Assembly (NCBI RefSeq): GCF_001194135.2
Contig: NC_069001.1
Coordinates: forward strand, 20,718,231-20,765,497
Source of the DNA: Octopus bimaculoides
Lineage: Eukaryota
Length of the DNA: 47,267 bases
Direction: 5' to 3'
In this document: piece by piece, positions 44,430 through 47,267 of the stretch
How the letters are laid out: each line of letters begins with the position of its first letter
Numbering within the stretch: the first letter of the stretch is position 1
The notes under the pieces: model-generated
Told to the model about the DNA's origin: nothing
What the model saw: only the letters and a program-made list of their open reading frames with translations
Databases searched by the model: none
Translations under genes and position numbers: made by a program

Positions 44430-47090
44430 TTCCTACTGAATCCACCAAATGCCTCAATGCAGGAGGGTCCTAGGTGACTTTAACCTCCCAAATGTTAAAT
44501 GGCCTGAAGGTCACATCCTCTCTGGGATGTCACTGCATGAGCAAAGCCAGGCAATATCTTTGTTAGAACTCTCCAACATGCTATGCTGTTCATGGAACAA
44601 GTGATACTCCAACCAATCAGGGGAAACAATATTTTAGATCTCTGCTTCATGAACAATGTGAGTCTAATCCATAATGTGAAAGTAACACCTACATCTCTCT
44701 CAGAGCATAACATTATAGAATTAACAATGTATGGTCCTAGACAACCCACTGACACCCATCCCATCAGGACCACTCAAGCCATTTCCAACCTGAATTTCCA
44801 CAGGGCGGACTGGAAGTCAACTCGCAAAGAGATTCAAAATCAAAACTGGCATGACAGCCTTTCTATACAAGACAATGACCTCAAACTAAGTCATTTTATG
44901 TCAACCATACAAGATATATGCACCAAATATGTGCCAGCAAGAAAGGCCAGCAAACATGCCAATAGAATTCCCATAGACAGGAAAATCCTTATGAGACACA
45001 AACAAAGTTCTCAAACCAGTTGAATAGAGAACTGGAGGTTAGTAAAAGGGCTAAATTAAAACTAACACTGTTAGAAATAGAAAATAAGATTAAACTCTCT
45101 CATGAAAAGGAGACAGTGGAGAAGGAGAAGAGAGCAGTAGAAAGCATAAAAACAAACCCCAAGGCTTTCTATAGATTTGCAAAGGAGACTGCTACGGTGC
45201 AGTATAAGATAGGACCCCTATTCCTGCCTAATGGCTCACTGACTGCAGATCCCACANNNNNNNNNNNNNNNNNNNNNNNNNNNNNNNNNNNNNNNNNNNN
45301 NNNNNNNNNNNNNNNNNNNNNNNNNNNNNNNNNNNNNNNNNNNNNNNNNNNNNNNNNNNNNNNNNNNNNNNNNNNNNNNNNNNNNNNNNNNNNNNNNNNN
45401 NNNNNNNNNNNNNNNNNNNNNNNNNNNNNNNNNNNNNNNNNNNNNNNNNNNNNNNNNNNNNNNNNNNNNNNNNNNNNNNNNNNNNNNNNNNNNNNNNNNN
45501 NNNNNNNNNNNNNNNNNNNNNNNNNNNNNNNNNNNNNNNNNNNNNNNNNNNNNNNNNNNNNNNNNNNNNNNNNNNNNNNNNNNNNNNNNNNNNNNNNNNN
45601 NNNNNNNNNNNNNNNNNNNNNNNNNNNNNNNNNNNNNNNNNNNNNNNNNNNNNNNNNNNNNNNNNNNNNNNNNNNNNNNNNNNNNNNNNNNNNNNNNNNN
45701 NNNNNNNNNNNNNNNNNNNNNNNNNNNNNNNNNNNNNNNNNNNNNNNNNNNNNNNNNNNNNNNNNNNNNNNNNNNNNNNNNNNNNNNNNNNNNNNNNNNN
45801 NNNNNNNNNNNNNNNNNNNNNNNNNNNNNNNNNNNNNNNNNNNNNNNNNNNNNNNNNNNNNNNNNNNNNNNNNNNNNNNNNNNNNNNNNNNNNNNNNNNN
45901 NNNNNNNNNNNNNNNNNNNNNNNNNNNNNNNNNNNNNNNNNNNNNNNNNNNNNNNNNNNNNNNNNNNNNNNNNNNNNNNNNNNNNNNNNNNNNNNNNNNN
46001 NNNNNNNNNNNAAATTAGGAGAGTGACTGCATGACTTCCTGAATGGTAGAAGTCAGACAGTTGCAGCCAATGGAGAACTATCTAGGGAAATGCAAATATT
46101 GAGCGTTGTTCCGCAAGGAACTGTCCTGGGGCCACTACTGTTCATAGTGGCCCTTCTGGATATGCCCACGGTCACTCGGACAGCCATTGTCACTAGCTAC
46201 GCTGATGACACAATACTATCTCAGGCAATAAAGAATCCTGATGATATCATAAGCCAGCAGAATGACCTAAATGCAATATACAAGTGGGCAGAGCAAAATA
46301 ATATGCGGTTCAATGTTAAAAAATTTCAAGTACTGTGCTACAAGGTCACAAGTGCCTCCCAACTGGCATACACAGGGCCTGGAAGTACTGCAATCCCAAA
46401 ACCACAAACGGTGAGAGACTTGGGCATCAGCATGTATAGTGATGCATCATTTCACATGCACATTGTCAAGTTGATAGCAAAGTGCAGACAACTGGCAGGG
46501 TGGATACTGAGGACATTCCGAACAAGGGATCAAAAAGTCATGTTGACTCCATGGAAGACATTTGTTCTGAGCTGCCTAGACTATTGTTCTCAGTTGTGGT
46601 CACCACACAGTGTCAAGCTAACAACAGAACTCAAGGCAATTCAGCGTCACTATACTAAAAAGATTGCCACAGTCCAGCAGATGAACTACAGGGAGCGAGT
46701 GAAGGCACTAAGTCGTTATTCCATGTAGTGCAGGTAAGAGAGATATGTAATAATTTGCATATGGGAAATACTGGACGGACTGATACCAAACTTTGGGATC
46801 AAGTTCTACATGAATGCCTGCACAGGTGGCCACTGTGTAGTACCAAGGGTACCGTCCAATGCATCTCACATAAGAACAAGGTATTGTAACAGCCTCAATT
46901 TCAGAGGCTCTTTAATGCCCTGCCAAAACAATTGAGAGACCGGCAAGACATGGATGTAGAGGTCTTCAAGACAAAACTCGACACTTTCTTATTCACGATA
47001 CCAGACGAACCGATGGCTCAAAATGCGACACAGTTGAGGGCAGCGATGTCAAATTCTCTTATACACCACCAGATGTGCCATCAAAACTCT
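44430..47090 (+). mobile_element. CR1-clade LINE ORF2 remnant (end of APE endonuclease + RT), spanning a gap
   Basis: RGNNILDLCF, LSEHNII, FHRADW, KAFYRFAK, VPQGTVLGPLLF, YADDT, LDYCSQLWSP and FKTKLDTFL...PDEP; several stops. Confidence 0.92.
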
Positions 47091-47232
47091 TGATTGGACT
47101 ATATCAGGTGGAGGAGAAGAGCCATGCAAGGAATGTGCAGAGAGCAAAGCATCTGGAGGGAAAGTCATGGTGGTGCTCCAGCACAACCGCAGCCACTCGG
47201 CTGTAACACATAAATAAGAATACATAAATATA

Positions 47233-47267
<35 letters not shown>

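Larger units (their letters stand above)
603..46011. other. Assembly gaps (N): 603-612, 2612-2711, 5710-5875, 23058-23077, 33433-33747, 36704-37553, 39484-39583, 44250-44259, 45257-46011
   Basis: Direct reading; the larger gaps could hide exons. Confidence 1.

Overview
AT-rich, microsatellite-dense, gapped animal genomic DNA. It is most likely octopus or another coleoid cephalopod, inferred from tRNA-derived SINEs that resemble my recollection of the octopus OK/OR families. Most of the window is transposable-element debris: RTE, CR1-like and R4/Dong LINE fragments, two different Penelope-like elements, a DD37D (maT) and a near-complete DD34D mariner transposon, MITEs, a Helitron remnant, many SINEs and a 1.3-kb foldback palindrome. 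Almost all long ORFs in the supplied track are microsatellite, N-gap or TE artefacts. One host gene can be read on the + strand from three frame-compatible coding exons that the ORF track largely misses (22130-22282, 27546-27584, 32169-32310). They encode MYSHKIKKHHKK-S13-DDEFKHLPKHERKMRKKMKKK-MAKNPGYGMYPGM-NYPPGTGYPAHPPNPAYPPG..., whose modules resemble vertebrate PRR13 but in reverse order. A CpG-rich patch at about 2.06-2.6 kb looks like a possibly bidirectional promoter with a candidate minus-strand exon (MDKC...). Other highlights are a Penelope-like element with long Asn-rich linker insertions, a hammerhead ribozyme core, modular CORE/V-domain SINEs and several intronic hairpins. No database searches were run; family names come from motif recognition only.
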